DNA of 64,000 nucleotides from Octopus sinensis (Eukaryota). Numbering within the stretch: position 1 is the stretch's first letter; each line of letters begins with the position of its first letter. Below, one piece after another: positions 41,311 to 54,617 of the stretch. Made by a program: the position numbers and the translations under genes. The stretch covers positions 153,202,001 to 153,266,000 of the forward strand of contig NC_042997.1 in the NCBI RefSeq assembly GCF_006345805.1. Direction: 5' to 3'. Below the pieces are notes generated by a model. The model was not told where the DNA came from. It saw only the letters and a program-made list of their open reading frames with translations, and searched no databases.

Positions 41311-42101
41311 TCTATATATATAGAGCTGAAGTTGTCTCTGTGTGTGTGGCAGGTTTGGTAGCCTTCAACTAACACTATCTCCTCCGAGACCTTGCGGTGC
41401 AAGTTAACCAAGACTGATGGCATGATAGATGAAGGCTTCCTCTTCATTCCGTAGGAGAAAAATATCAAATCAGACCATGTTAAGACCAAACATTTTTTAC
41501 ATCAAAAACGTGCTTTTTTTCTATGAAAATCCCCATTTTTTACGATATTTTGACTTCTGTGTTGCCATTTTTTGGTTTATTTCAACCGGAAAAACGTTCA
41601 CTTAAAAAGAATAACAAGCTACATAGTGCAAAGTTTTTACATTTCAAAAATTCCAATTCTAAAGGATCGAAAAGAATTTTTTTGTGATGTCATTGGTTTT
41701 GAGCGAACGACGGATCAGCTGATCCTATGCAGAGGAGTAATGTTCGCTGCGTGAATGCACTAATTTTCAAGGTCGTCAACTGCTACAGCATTGAGTACAA
41801 TTCAGCAATTTCAATCGATTTTTTGTGAGAATGAGAAAAACAAATTGCATTTGCAGTGTCTTTGTATGTTGCAACACATTATAGCTGCTGTGAGCGTTAT
41901 ACTTTGTAAGGTTTTTCCTAATTTTTTTTAAATACCAACTTGACTACGGCTGTCTAAAAATTATCTTTGGTACTATACAAGAACTGTTTACCTGTTTAAC
42001 TGTTTTAACTATGTCAAAACTTTGTTAACGCATCATCAAAGTCTGCTGTTTTAAGCGCAACTAAAAAAACAAACCCGAGCAACGCCGGGCTATACTGCTA
42101 G
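41311..42101 (+). mobile_element. Non-autonomous Helitron (791 bp)
   Basis: Starts A|TCTATATATATAGAGCTGAAG and ends CCCGAGCAACGCCGGGCTATACTGCTAG|T. It shares its 3' terminus with 5724-6103. Confidence 0.9.
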
Positions 42102-43084
42102 TCTGTTATATAATGACTTCTAATATAGATTACAGACCAGAGATGCATATGGCATAACGTAGTCAATTTAATCTGCAACATTAGATTAAATTTATAAACA
42201 TTGGAAGGTTGAAGAACGAAACTAATTTTCGACAAGATTTAAATTCTCAATGTCTAGGGGACTTAAGTGAATCATACAGCATATTTTGTCCAGCACTCTA
42301 CCGACTCTTCCATCCAGCACCTTTCTGAATAGCGTAAAGAATGACATAATCGTATTAACGAATTTTATAGAATTGTGGAATTCTAACCACCAATCACGAA
42401 AATATCTAGCATAAAATTGGCTTTTTAGTTCAATTTGTCATATTTTATACGAGAAAAGAAGACAGCCACGTCCCCGAGTAAATTAATTGTTTAGTAAAAT
42501 TAGAAATATATTGTGTTTCGCTTTTCTTACAATATTTTAAAATTAAAGATTGGCGACGTTAATTTTCAGCTATAAACAAAGTAATAAATTATTCGAAGCT
42601 AACCATCAGATATCTGAAATTTATAGTTTTTATTTTTTGAGAACAAATATAACTTTTATGCATTGCATAGATTTAACATTTAACGTTATTAATTTCGAAA
42701 CGAGCTTTTTCTGTTACTTAATGTTGTCCATTAACTTCTCATAATGAATCTCAATGAAAAACAGAAATTCCAAGGCAAAAAACATTCTTGTAAATTATAA
42801 ATATTTAATTTAGTTCTGAAAGCAAAGTGGAAAAAATCAAATGACAGTCTGAAAATAACAATACATTTTTGTAATTTGATACAAAGTTATGAAGATGAAT
42901 ACAACGTGCGTGCGACAAATGTGAATATGGTTTAGTCATAGAAATTAAACCTAACTTCAAAAGAACACTTCATTATATAATGTACATTAATTCATAACGA
43001 ATAAAACATATTCTCTTAAGTATGCACTTGTTTTTGTACCAACACGCACTCATACACATACACAAAACCGGTTATATGCGTACA

Positions 43085-43830
<746 letters not shown>

Positions 43831-44787
43831 CAGAACCCTGAAAATATTGCGCATCTGCAACATGAGCTGGACACAATATACAGGTGGGCTGAGGACAACA
43901 ACATGCAGTTTAATGCAGGTAAGTTCCAGGCCCTGCGCTACTGGCACACAAAGGTAAATGACGTGAAGACTGGATACACTGGCCCAGGAAGAATTGCAAT
44001 CCCTGAGTCAAAATCAGTGCGTGACCTGGGCATTGACATGAGCAATGATGCATCTTTCCAAATGCATATTGCTAATCTGGTGATAAAATGCAGACGGCTA
44101 GCTGGATGGATTCTCCGAACTTTCAGAACAAGAGAGAAGGAGACACTGATGGTCCTATGGAAAACATTTGTCCTCAGCCGCTTGGACTACTGCTCCCAAC
44201 TTTGGTCACCACACAATATAAAACAAACAGCAGAACTCGAAGCAACTCAGAGAAGCTACACAAAGAAAATCGTCTCAATGCAAAATGTCAGCTACTGGGA
44301 AAGACTGAAGGTATTAACCTCTTCTCCCTGGAGCGGAGGCGGGAGAGATATGCAGTAATATACATCTGGAAAATCCTGGAGGGTCTTATCCCAAACTTTG
44401 GCATTCAAAGTTACTCCAACCGCAGAACGGGGCGCCGCTGCGTGGTGCCAAGGATTCCAACATCACCATCAAAATACAGGTCCAGATACTGCAACAGCTT
44501 GGGTTTCAGAGGACCACAGCTTTTCAACATCCTCCTAAATGCCTGAGAGACTTACATGGTGTGGATGTGGGTTTCTTTAAAACTAAACTGGATCTCTTCT
44601 TGTTGGAAGTCCCAGATGAACCTACCTCACGACAGGAGACGCGGATGCGGGCAGCAGCATCGAACTCCCTTGTTGATCAAGTGCCACGTATCAGAGGTGG
44701 ATTCACAAACTAGTGTGGCTCATTCAGCGGTGGTGCCCCAGCATGGCCGCGGCCTTCGGGCTAAAACATTTTTAAGGATTTAAGGAT
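43831..44787 (+). mobile_element. 5'-truncated CR1/L2-group LINE, family B copy 1, (TTAAGGAT)n tail
   Basis: Encodes the RT end and thumb: [56 protein letters not shown] arrays flank both sides. Confidence 0.9.
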
Positions 44788-44960
44788 GTATATATATGTA
44801 TGTATGTATATATATATATATGTATATATATATATGTATATATGTATATATATGTATATATGTATATATATATATTATATATATATATGTATATATATAT
44901 ATGTATATATATATGTGTATATGTATATATATATATGTATTATATATATATGTGTATATG

Positions 44961-44992
<32 letters not shown>

Positions 44993-45178
44993 TGTGTGTA
45001 TATGTATATGTATATATATATGTGTATAGTATATATATATGTATTATATATATATGTGTATATGTATATATATATATTATATATATATATATGTATGTAG
45101 TATATATATATGTATATATATATATATATATGTGTGTATATGTATATATATATATATATATGTATATGTATATATATA
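44788..45178. repeat. TA-rich array
   Basis: Read directly from the sequence. Confidence 0.95.
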
Positions 45179-45268
45179 CTTTGATACTTTGATATTTTGA
45201 TAGGTTTCGGCCATTATTGGCCCAGGCCATGTCTAACTTAATAGCACCACCTGGTGAAGTCTTTCAAG

Positions 45269-48215
45269 TCAGAATTTGGGCACTATGGCCCACTCAAGTA
45301 GAGAGTTATTGTTTACAGAGACATATCCGGGTGTAGGGGGTTTATCCGGGATTTCTTGAAGGAATCTGTCCAAAGACTTCTTGAACCCTATAGGGTCAGT
45401 TTCTGTTTTAATGTGTTTTGGTGTAATGTTAAAGAGAGCGGGGCCAATTGAGGTGAAATAATTGTGCCGTATTGTTGTTATGAGATGAGAGTGCGATTTT
45501 TGTTTTGGGCGGATGGCACGGGGCCCAAGCCTTGGATGTACCTTCAAGGTGATGCCAACATCATTTGGGCAATGCTGATGGAATATTTTCCACATCATGC
45601 AGATGATGTAGCGCTCACGACGACGTTGGAGAGAATAGAGTTTTAGCTTTTCTAGTCGACCCCAATAGTCGAGGCCTGTCATGCCATCTATCCTTTTTGT
45701 GATTGCCCTTTGAGGTGCTTCAACTTTTATGATACCTTGTATTGTGTGGGGAGACCACAGTGGACAACAGTATTCAAGGTGGGGTCGGGCAAAAGTGGAG
45801 AAGAGAAGGATAATGGTGTGGATATCTCTCGACTGGAAAGTTCTGAGAATCCAGGAACACATTCTGCGAGCCATGTCAACTTTGGTGTTTATATGAGTGG
45901 CCCAGCTTATGTTGTTGTCCACAATTACTCCCAAATCTCTGATGTTGTTGGACGCCGCGAGAGTTTCACCTGAAGGAAGGGAGTATGGGAGTTTCAGGGC
46001 ATCCTCTTTTCCAAAGTGGATTAGCTCAAATTTATCCTCGTTCAGCAGCATATTGTTTTTTTCTGCCCATTGGATAACAGCCAGTAGATCTGACTGAAGG
46101 CATGTCCGGTCACTCGCCTCATTTATGACCTTCTGTAGCTTGGAGTCATCTGCAAAGATTTTTATGTTGCTGTGCTTGATGATGTCATTAATGTCATTAA
46201 TGTAAATGATGAAAAGAAGTGGGCCCAGCACAGTACCTTGCGGAACGCCACTACTGACTTTGGATGGGCTTGATTTTACCCCTTCAACTACAACATGTTG
46301 AGATCTGTCTGTCAGGAAACACTTGATCCATTTCAGTAACTTTCCAGAGACACCAATGTTGGATAGTTTTTTCAATAGGATCTTGTGATCGACCCTGTCG
46401 AAGGCCTTACTGAAATCAAGGTAGATGACATCGGTGTTGGAGCACTCTCCCAAAGCTCTCAAAAATGTCCTCAAAGTGATGCAGGAGCTGCGTTAGGCAG
46501 TCCCTTCCATTACGGAAACCATGTTGGTTGGAGATCAGCCGTCTGTTGCTTTCCAGAAATTGGGTTATTCGAGATCTCACCACCCTCTCAAATACCTTGA
46601 TGATATGAGAGGTGAGTGAGATCGGACGGTAATTCACTGCAAGGGACTTGTTTCCCTTTTTGAAAACTGGGACAACAGACTGGGACAGAAGGTTTTTTGG
46701 AATATAGCCAGCATCCAGTGAGTTTCTCCACAGATTAGCAAGGGAGATGCAAGTTGGTGTCGACACACCTTCAGGACACAAGCAGGGAACCTATCGGGGC
46801 CTACTGCTGAATTGTGTTTTATTTCGTTTATCGCCGCTAAGACATCAGGGGCACTAAACGTTATGTCCGATATAGTGTGTTGGGGGTTGACATCACTGAT
46901 ACAGCCCAGATCGGCCATATCAGGATTGCTGAAAACAGAGCAGTATTGTTTCTGCAGTATCTCGGCCATGGATTTGGCATTATCTTGGAGAGTGCCAGTT
47001 TCGTCAATTAGAGGGCCTACAGTGGAGACAGTGACCCTGCGTTTCCTCGCAAATGAAAAGAACATTTTGGGGTTGAGTTTGATTTTTCAATGGCCCACTT
47101 CTCCTCAGCTGATCTTTGGTTATTGATGAGGGTCTTCATGCATTGTTGGAGGTTATATTTTTTGATTCAAGCAGTGCGATAGCCGTCGAATGTGTGTGTT
47201 GCTGTTGGCAGTACTTTAGTTTGTTAATTTTTTTGTTTGTTCTTTTTATTTTTCTGATAATGTTTTTCTGTTTTGGGGGATTCTGCACTTTTTGTTCACA
47301 GGTCTTGGTGGGGAGTGTTTTGCACATATGTCTGTGACGGTGTCTACAAAGATCTGCCAATGTTTTATGGTTGGTGGAGATGTGTGTATGTGTAAAGGAC
47401 CAGTCAACATGTGATAGCTCGTTCCTGATTGCATCCCAGTTGGCATTATGGAGATCCATGTTGTCAAATGGGTGGGCTGGAGGAAGGTCACTAGGATTAG
47501 CTTTCGGCTGGTGGAATTTCATGTTACAGGGAACCATGTCATGGTCTGAAAGAAGGGTTTTTTCCTGTAACGTTATGTATAGTGTTAGTGTGGTTACTAA
47601 ACACTAGGTCCAAAATGTTCTGATGTCTTGTTGGTGCAAGGACAAGTTGGGACAAGAAAAACTCATTCGTAAAGTCGAAAAGTGACTCTGCTGCTTCTTT
47701 GTCAGCGGTTGAGGCGGGAGTGCTTGGTTTCAAACAGTTTGTAGTCCAGTCAACACAGGGTAGATTGAAGTCTCCCATCATGAGTATGTTGCTAGAATGG
47801 CACTGTTGAATAAAGCACTTAATGCTGTTGAGGCATTCTTTAAAGCACAGTATAGGTGTTTGGGGGCGGCCTATAGAGCCCAATTACTGTCAGGTCATTG
47901 GCTTTGTTGTGCACGGTGACTGATTCACAGTAGCCGTTGGAGAATATACTATTTCCATCTGCCGTAAATGAATCATGCAGGAAAATGGCAGTTCCACCCT
48001 TCCTCCTGCCGATACGATCCGCGCGGATGGTTGTGAAATTCTTCACTCTCACTTCGGCTTCCAAGTGGGAGTTGTCAAGGTGGGTCTCAGTGAGAATGAA
48101 GAAAGGGATGTGGTGTGAATGGTTACCAACCCAGTCTCCAATGAATTGGACCTTCCATTTTTGTGCATTGATGGAAGGGCTGACACCTTGTGCATTGAGT
48201 AGGAATGTGGAGGTT
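45269..48215 (-). CDS. LINE ORF2: APE endonuclease plus reverse transcriptase, split by several frameshifts
   Basis: APE motifs LNAQG, LTETH, GLYRPP, MGDFNLP, PTRHQNILDLVF and SDH. RT motifs [33 protein letters not shown] and FADD, plus the thumb YSLQRRRERY. The last 401 aa are uninterrupted. Confidence 0.9.
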
Positions 48216-48349
48216 AGTGTAGTGGCTGGTTTTGACTGTTGCAGGGGGCTTGGATTTTTTGTGTGTGTTAGTGGCAGCAATGTGGGGAATTGGTGCACTG
48301 GGGTAATAGCATAGGATGGTGTTGAGTGATGGCTAGAATGTTTTTGTGT

Positions 48350-49496
48350 ATCTCTTTTGCCATGTTCAACATGGCTAAAAAAGAATTTTCCTGCTTAGGG
48401 AGCAGTTTTTGGCTGGAGGTGTGGTTGCACTGTTGGATAGGGTTGTAGTTTCCCCTTTTGTTGTTGTTGTTTTTGTGTCTTCCTGAAAAGACTGGACCAG
48501 CATTACTGCAGCATGGTGTGTTTCTATTTTTATTTTAATTCAGGTTTGTGTGTTGGCTTGAAGCCCCGTTTCTGTTTGTGCGTCGGGTTCCTGGAAGATG
48601 AGTGAAGGGACAGTCACTCAGTAGACATGTTCTCTCACGTTGGGAATACCGGCAGATTTTGGGACTCCGAGTTGTGTGTGTTTTGAATTTCGATTTACTA
48701 TTTGGTGGTGTTGATGTTATTGTGGGATGCGTGCTTTGGCCTTGGCCGGTAGTGCGTCTAGTGCCGTGTAGATGCGTGAAGATGCAGTCACTATTTGTGC
48801 AGAGTCTCTGGCGCAGTGAATAGCGGCATATTTGGGGATTTCTTGTTTGTGCCGTGGGGGCGCATTCTGCTTCCTATGTTTCTTTAAGTTTTTGTTACTG
48901 CAGTAGTATTGAGGTGGTGATGTGGGGGAAGAGGGCAGTGGTTTCTTATTTGGTTTTCTGTCGGTATTTTTGGTGATAGAAGACGATGGTGGCAGCGGTG
49001 GTGATGATGTTGATGATAATTGTGGTGGTTGCTGTGAGAGCGGTGAAAAGATACTGGCATTTAGTGAATCATCTAGTAAGCTAGAGTTGAGGAGTGGCTG
49101 TTATTGTTCTTGTTGCTGTGGCTGTTGTTGTTGCTGTTGTGCTTGACCGATGTTAGGGTCAGCCATTGTGCTGGGAACCAGGAGTGGCTCATTCTGTTGT
49201 TGTTGTTGTTGTGGCTGCTGATTTTCTAGCTGTTGTTGTTCTTGAACTGTGAAAATATGAAGGAACTTTTCATAATGGCCTTTTGTCAGTTTGAAAGATA
49301 CTTCGATATGTTTCAGTTTGCCACGAATCTGTTTGACGGATCGTGTGTTGACCACTTGTGATATTTTTTCGGCAATCTCATTCAAACACAAAACATTTAG
49401 ATTTTCTGTTTGGGAAAGAGAGAACCATGTGTTTATTAAAACGTCAATTTCGTTATCAGACCAATTTCGTCTGTTGCAGGCCTGCAAGTTAGTCAT
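48350..49496 (-). CDS. LINE ORF1: Myb/SANT-like N-terminus, poly-Q, Ser/Pro-rich linker and CCCH zinc finger (one nonsense codon plus frameshifts; 3' end approximate)
   Basis: N-terminus NWSDNEIDVLINTW..EIAEKISQVVNTRSVKQIRGKLKHIEVSFK. The TAA at 49101-49103 sits in a CAA tract and the frame continues open. CRYSLRQRLCTNSDCIFTH (C-x8-C-x4-C-x3-H) lies at ~48770-48830. Confidence 0.65.
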
Positions 49497-49788
49497 GTTT
49501 GTTTTTTCTTTTGTTTGTTTCCTTTTGATTTTTGAAAATATATATATTCTTTCTTGGGATTAAAGAAGTATATATATATAAATGTTCTCTCTTAAGGGTG
49601 TGAGTTTTTGATTATTTGGTTGTTTGAGGATATTAAAAGAAAACAGGTGTATATAACAATTTGTAGTTAAATGAAAACGTACTTACGGGTTTGTAGGCAA
49701 ACACGTGGTTTATATATGTATATATATGTATATTAGATATGTATGTATGTAGATATAATATATATATGTATATATATATGTATATTAT

Positions 49789-49825
<37 letters not shown>

Positions 49826-51824
49826 GAAAAAACAAGTAAAAATAGAAAATGCTAAAATAATTTTATAGTGAACATTTCAGTACCGGTTTCGGTCATTTTG
49901 AGACCTTTTCAACTGTAACGATTAAATAATTAAATTTAGAAAAATTAGAAGAAAGTTTTTTTAAAAATATATTTCTATAGTAGTGTTCAGATTTAAGTGG
50001 CATTCTGCCTTTCTCTGACTCCCTTGTTTGCACTTGTGTGTTCGAGGTAGTTGTGAGCTCTGGTAGGGTAGTAGAGAGAAGGCTGGTGAGGAAAGGGGGT
50101 GGGAGAATCTGGGAGAGTGCCCTGATGGTCGTATTTTGAATGGTCAGTGGCGGCTGGCAGTCTCAGTTCAATTCAGGAGAATATTTATATTGACAGGCTT
50201 CTTTATGAATTAGCGTAGGTGTTATACTAAAAAACATTAGTGACAAACTTAGGGGTAGGGGTGGAGAAGAAGAAGAAGAAGAAGAAGAAGGAGAAGGAGA
50301 AGGAGAAGATGACGATGATGGTGATGGTGGTGATGATTATGACGACGATGATGATGATAACGATGATGATGAAGAAGAAGAAGAAGAAGAAGGGAGAAGG
50401 AGAAGATGGTGGTGATGATGGTGCGATGATGATGATGCCGATGATGATGATAACGATATGATGAAGAAGAAAAGAAGAAGAAGAAGAAGAAAAAACAGAG
50501 AAGGGAGAATATGAATGTAAATATAGCTATGAAGGGGCTGATTAGTAATGGATCCTATTGAGTGTAGTATTTGTGTGTGTATATATATTTTTTTTTCTTT
50601 TATCTAAAGTTGAGGTATATTAATTGTTTGTCGTAGACCCGTTAAGAAGTGGCTTGTATTTTGTAATAAAGGATTTTCTTTACTTATTCGTTGTCTCGAG
50701 TTGTATCGTCCCTAAATTGGTAAGGGGGAAAATTCTGAAGTTTGGTGTTTTTTTGTTGCGCAAGTATCTATGTGTTGGCTAAAAGCTATTTTTCTGTTTT
50801 GGGAATTTTTATCTGGGATCTGTGCAGGGCCATTCGTTTACGCAAGCCATTTTTTGTTTGGCCTATGTACTGCTCTTGACAACCCGGAGCAGGTTAGTGA
50901 GTATATTAGGTTCTCCGAAGCAAATGTGAAGTTGCTTTTCACTGTAAAACGTTGTCCCTGTTTGAAGGAGAACTCAGAACCCTCGATTAGATAGTCGCAT
51001 ATCCCGCAATTGGTCTTCCACATTTTTTTACTGTCGGCTTCTGTGTTGAAGAGTGAATTCGGGCTTGTGTAAGGAGACTTTTCATGGATCTAGGCTGTCT
51101 TTTGCTTTTTATGATCGTGTGTGTTTGGAGGATTGTGTTCATTCTGTGGTCTTTTTTAGGAGGGGTATGTTGTGGAGGATGGTGTCGAAGGCTTCGTTAT
51201 TGAGAGGGTTGTTGTGGAGATGTATGGTAAGGCTTTTGGTTGTAAGTTTTTCTTTGATTTGGGATGTCTCAGTTCCTTGATGTTAAGTTGAAGGGCACGT
51301 TGAATGCATTTGTCAATAAGTGAAGGTGGATAGTTCCTGGTGGGATTAGGGTATCTTTTAGTTCTTGTAGTCGTGTGTCTCTTGTGTTTGGCGTTAGAGA
51401 CTATAGTGCATATCCTTTTTGCTAGATTGAAGGGATATTCATCCTGGTGTGTCTGGGGTGGCATGAATTGAATGGAAGATATTGCTTAGAGTCTGTAGGC
51501 TTATAGTATATGTCTGTTTCTATTATATTATTAGCTTTCTTAATGAGGATATCGAGGAAGGGGAGTTGTTGTTGGCTATATTCCATCGTGAATTGGATGT
51601 TTACGTCCAGTCCGTTTAAAATTTTCTGGAATTCTATGAGTTTTTCTATATTTTTATGCCAAAGGATGAAACAGTCATCTAGATATCTCTTCCAGTTGTT
51701 TTCTATGTAGATGGAGAAAGGGCTGCCATATCTTTCTAGAACCTTACGATACAGACTGATCTCTAGGTATCCTATGACTAGGTTGGCAAAGGAGGGGGCC
51801 ATTCGTGTACCCATCGCAGTCCCC
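49826..51824 (-). mobile_element. Neptune-like Penelope element, inverted arm
   Basis: Reverse complement of 52229-54244. Encodes GTAMGTRMAPSFANL..WKRYLDDCF..LPFLD through the GIY-YIG and 3' end. Confidence 0.9.
49876..49918 (-). ncRNA. Minimal type I hammerhead ribozyme, U3-A8 variant
   Basis: TTACAG-TTGAAAA-GGTC-TCAAAAT-GACC-GAAA-CCGG-TA-CTG. Helix II is GGTC/GACC, helix III is the palindrome ACCGGT and the cleavage triplet is GUA. Confidence 0.7.
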
Positions 51825-54244
51825 ATAGCTACAGACAAAATAATTAAAGTCCCTAATCCTAATGACCTCAAATTGAGACCCATAATAGCAGGTCCCGCAT
51901 GCGAAACCCACCGCCTCAGTAACTTTTTAGACACCCTGTTAAAACCACTCCTCAAACATGTCAAAAGCTATATAAGGGACGACTTAGATATGCTCAATCA
52001 CCTACCGAATACTATAAACAAAAACACCATACTGGTATCCTTCGATGTAGTCAACCTCTACTCCAATATCCCCCACAACCTAGGACTAGAGGCAATCCAA
52101 TTCTGGCTAGAGAATCACGCCAACGAACTACCACAATCGGATCAAAAAAGAATTTGTGATAGAAGGGTTAAATTCATCCTGGAAAATAACTTCTTCGCCT
52201 TCAATGACAACTTCTACCGACAAAAATCGGGGACTGCGATGGGTACACGAATGGCCCCCCTCCTTTGCCAACCTAGTCATAGGATAACTAGAGATCAGTC
52301 TGTATCGTAAGGTTCTAGAAAGATATGGCAGCCCTTTCTCCATCTACATAGAAAACAACTGGAAGAGATATCTAGATGACTGTTTCATCCTTTGGCATAA
52401 AAAATAGAAAACTCATAGAATTCCAGAAAATTTTAAACGGACTGGACGTAAACATCCAATTCACGATGGAATATAGCCAACAACAACTCCCCTTCCTCGA
52501 TATCCTCATTAAGAAAGCTAATAATATAATAGAAACAGACATATACTAAAGCCTACAGACTCTAAGCAATATCTTCCATTCAATTCATGCCACCCCAGAC
52601 ACACCAGGATGAATATCCCCTTCAATCTAGCAAAAAGGATATGCACTATAGTCTCTAACGCAAACACCAGAGACACACGACTACAAGAACTAAAAGATAC
52701 CCTAATCACCAGGAACTATCCACCTTCACTTATTGACAAATGCATTCAACGTGCCCTTCAACTTAACATCAAGGAACTGAGACATCCCAAATCAAAGAAA
52801 AACTTACAACCAAAAGCCTTACCATACATCTCCACACACAACCCTCTCAATAACGAGCCTTCGACACCATCCTCCACAACATACCCCTCCTAAAAAAAGA
52901 CCACAGAATGAACACAATCCTCCAAACACACACACTATCATAAAAAGCAAAAGACAGCCTAGATCCATGAAAAGTCTCCTTACACAAGCCCGAATTCACT
53001 CTTCAACACAGAAGCCGACAGTAAAAAAATGTGGAAGACCAATTGCGGGATATGCGACTATCTAATCGAGGGTTCTGAGTTCTCCTTCAAACAGGGACAA
53101 CGTTTTACAGTGAAAAGCAACTTCACATTTGCTTCGGAGAACCTAATATACTCACTAACCTGCTCCGGGTGTCAAGAGCAGTACATAGGCCAAACAAAAA
53201 TGGCTTGCGTAAACGAATGGCCCTGCACAGATCCCAGATAAAAATTCCCCAAAACAGAAAAATAGCTTTTAGCCAACACATAGATACTTGCGCCAACAAA
53301 AAAACACAAACTTCAGAATTTTCCCCCTCTACCAATTTAGGGACGATACAACCTCGAGACAACGAATAAGTAAAGAAAATCCTCTTATTACAAAATACAA
53401 GCCACTTCTTAACGGGTCTACGACAAACAATTAAATATACCTCAACTTTAGAATAAAAGAAAAAATATATTACACACACAAATACTACACTCAATAGAAT
53501 CCATTACTAATCAGCCCCTTCATAGCTATATTTACATTCATATTCTCCCTTCTCTGTTTTTCTTCTTCTTCTTCTTCCTCTTCTTCTTCATCATCATCGT
53601 TATCATCATCATCGCATCATCATCATCGCCACCATCATCACCACCATCTTCTCCTTCTCCTCCTTCTTCTTCTTCTTCTTCTTCATCATCATCGTTATCA
53701 TCATCATCGTCGTCATAATCATCACCACCATCACCATCATCGTCATCTTCTCCTTCTCTTCTTCTTCTTCTTCTTCTTTTCTCTTCTTCTTCTTCTCCAC
53801 CCCCTACCCTTAAGTTTTGTCACTAATGTTTTTTAGTATACCACCTACGCTAATTCTATAAAGAAGCCTGTCAATATAAATATTCTCCTGAATTGAACTG
53901 AGACTGCCAGCCGCCACGACCATTCAAAATACGACCATCAGGGCACTCCCAGATTCTCCCACCCCCCTTTCCTCACACCTTCTCTCTCTACTACTACCCT
54001 ACCAAGAGCTCACAACTACCCTCGAACACACAAGTGCAAACAAGGGAGTCAGAGAAAGGCAGAATGCCACTTAAATCTGAACACTACTATAAATATTCTT
54101 TTAAAAAAAACTTTTCTTCTAATTTTTCTAAATTTAATTATTTATCGTTACAGTTGAAAAGGTCTCAAAATGACCGAAACCGTACTGAAATGTTCACTAT
54201 AAATTATTTTAGCATTTTTTATTTTTTTACTTGTTTTTTTTTTC
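51825..54244 (+). mobile_element. 5'-truncated Neptune-like Penelope element (RT plus GIY-YIG)
   Basis: RT motifs KLRPIIAGP, SFDVVNLYSNIPH, GTAMG and YLDD, then the thumb. A C-x4-C-x2-C linker (CGRP[N]CGIC, with a 1-bp frameshift) precedes NLIYSLTCSGCQEQYIGQT (GIY-YIG). The 3'UTR has CTT/CAT repeats. Confidence 0.9.
54148..54190 (+). ncRNA. Hammerhead, second arm copy (one G missing in helix III)
   Basis: TTACAGTTGAAAAGGTCTCAAAATGACCGAAACCGTACTG. Confidence 0.65.
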
Positions 54245-54284
54245 ATATATTCAACTCGTGTGTTCCTTTTCACCCTTATACATA

Positions 54285-54395
54285 TTATACTATAATATAT
54301 ATATATATATAATATATATATATTATATATTTATGTATATATATATATATATATGTATGTATATATATATTATATATGTATATATATAATAATAT

Positions 54396-54427
<32 letters not shown>

Positions 54428-54585
54428 GTATGTATTATGTGTATATATGTATATATATATATATGTATGTATGTATGTGTATATATGATATATATATATA
54501 TATATGTATGTATGTGTATATATGTATGTATATATATATATATTATGTGTATATATGTATGTATGTATATATATAGGTATGTATA

Positions 54586-54617
<32 letters not shown>

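Larger units (their letters stand above)
45179..49710 (-). mobile_element. Apparently full-length CR1/L2-group LINE, family A (~4.5 kb)
   Basis: Has a 5'UTR, ORF1, ORF2 (APE plus RT), a 3'UTR and a (TATCAAAG)n-like tail at 45179-45202. TA arrays lie on both sides. Confidence 0.9.

Noticed and set aside
45203-45235. GGCC-AATAAT-GGCC-GAAAC at the LINE-A 3' end, resembling a hammerhead helix II
   Set aside because: There is no CUGANGA-like core upstream. It is better explained as the LINE 3' stem-loop.
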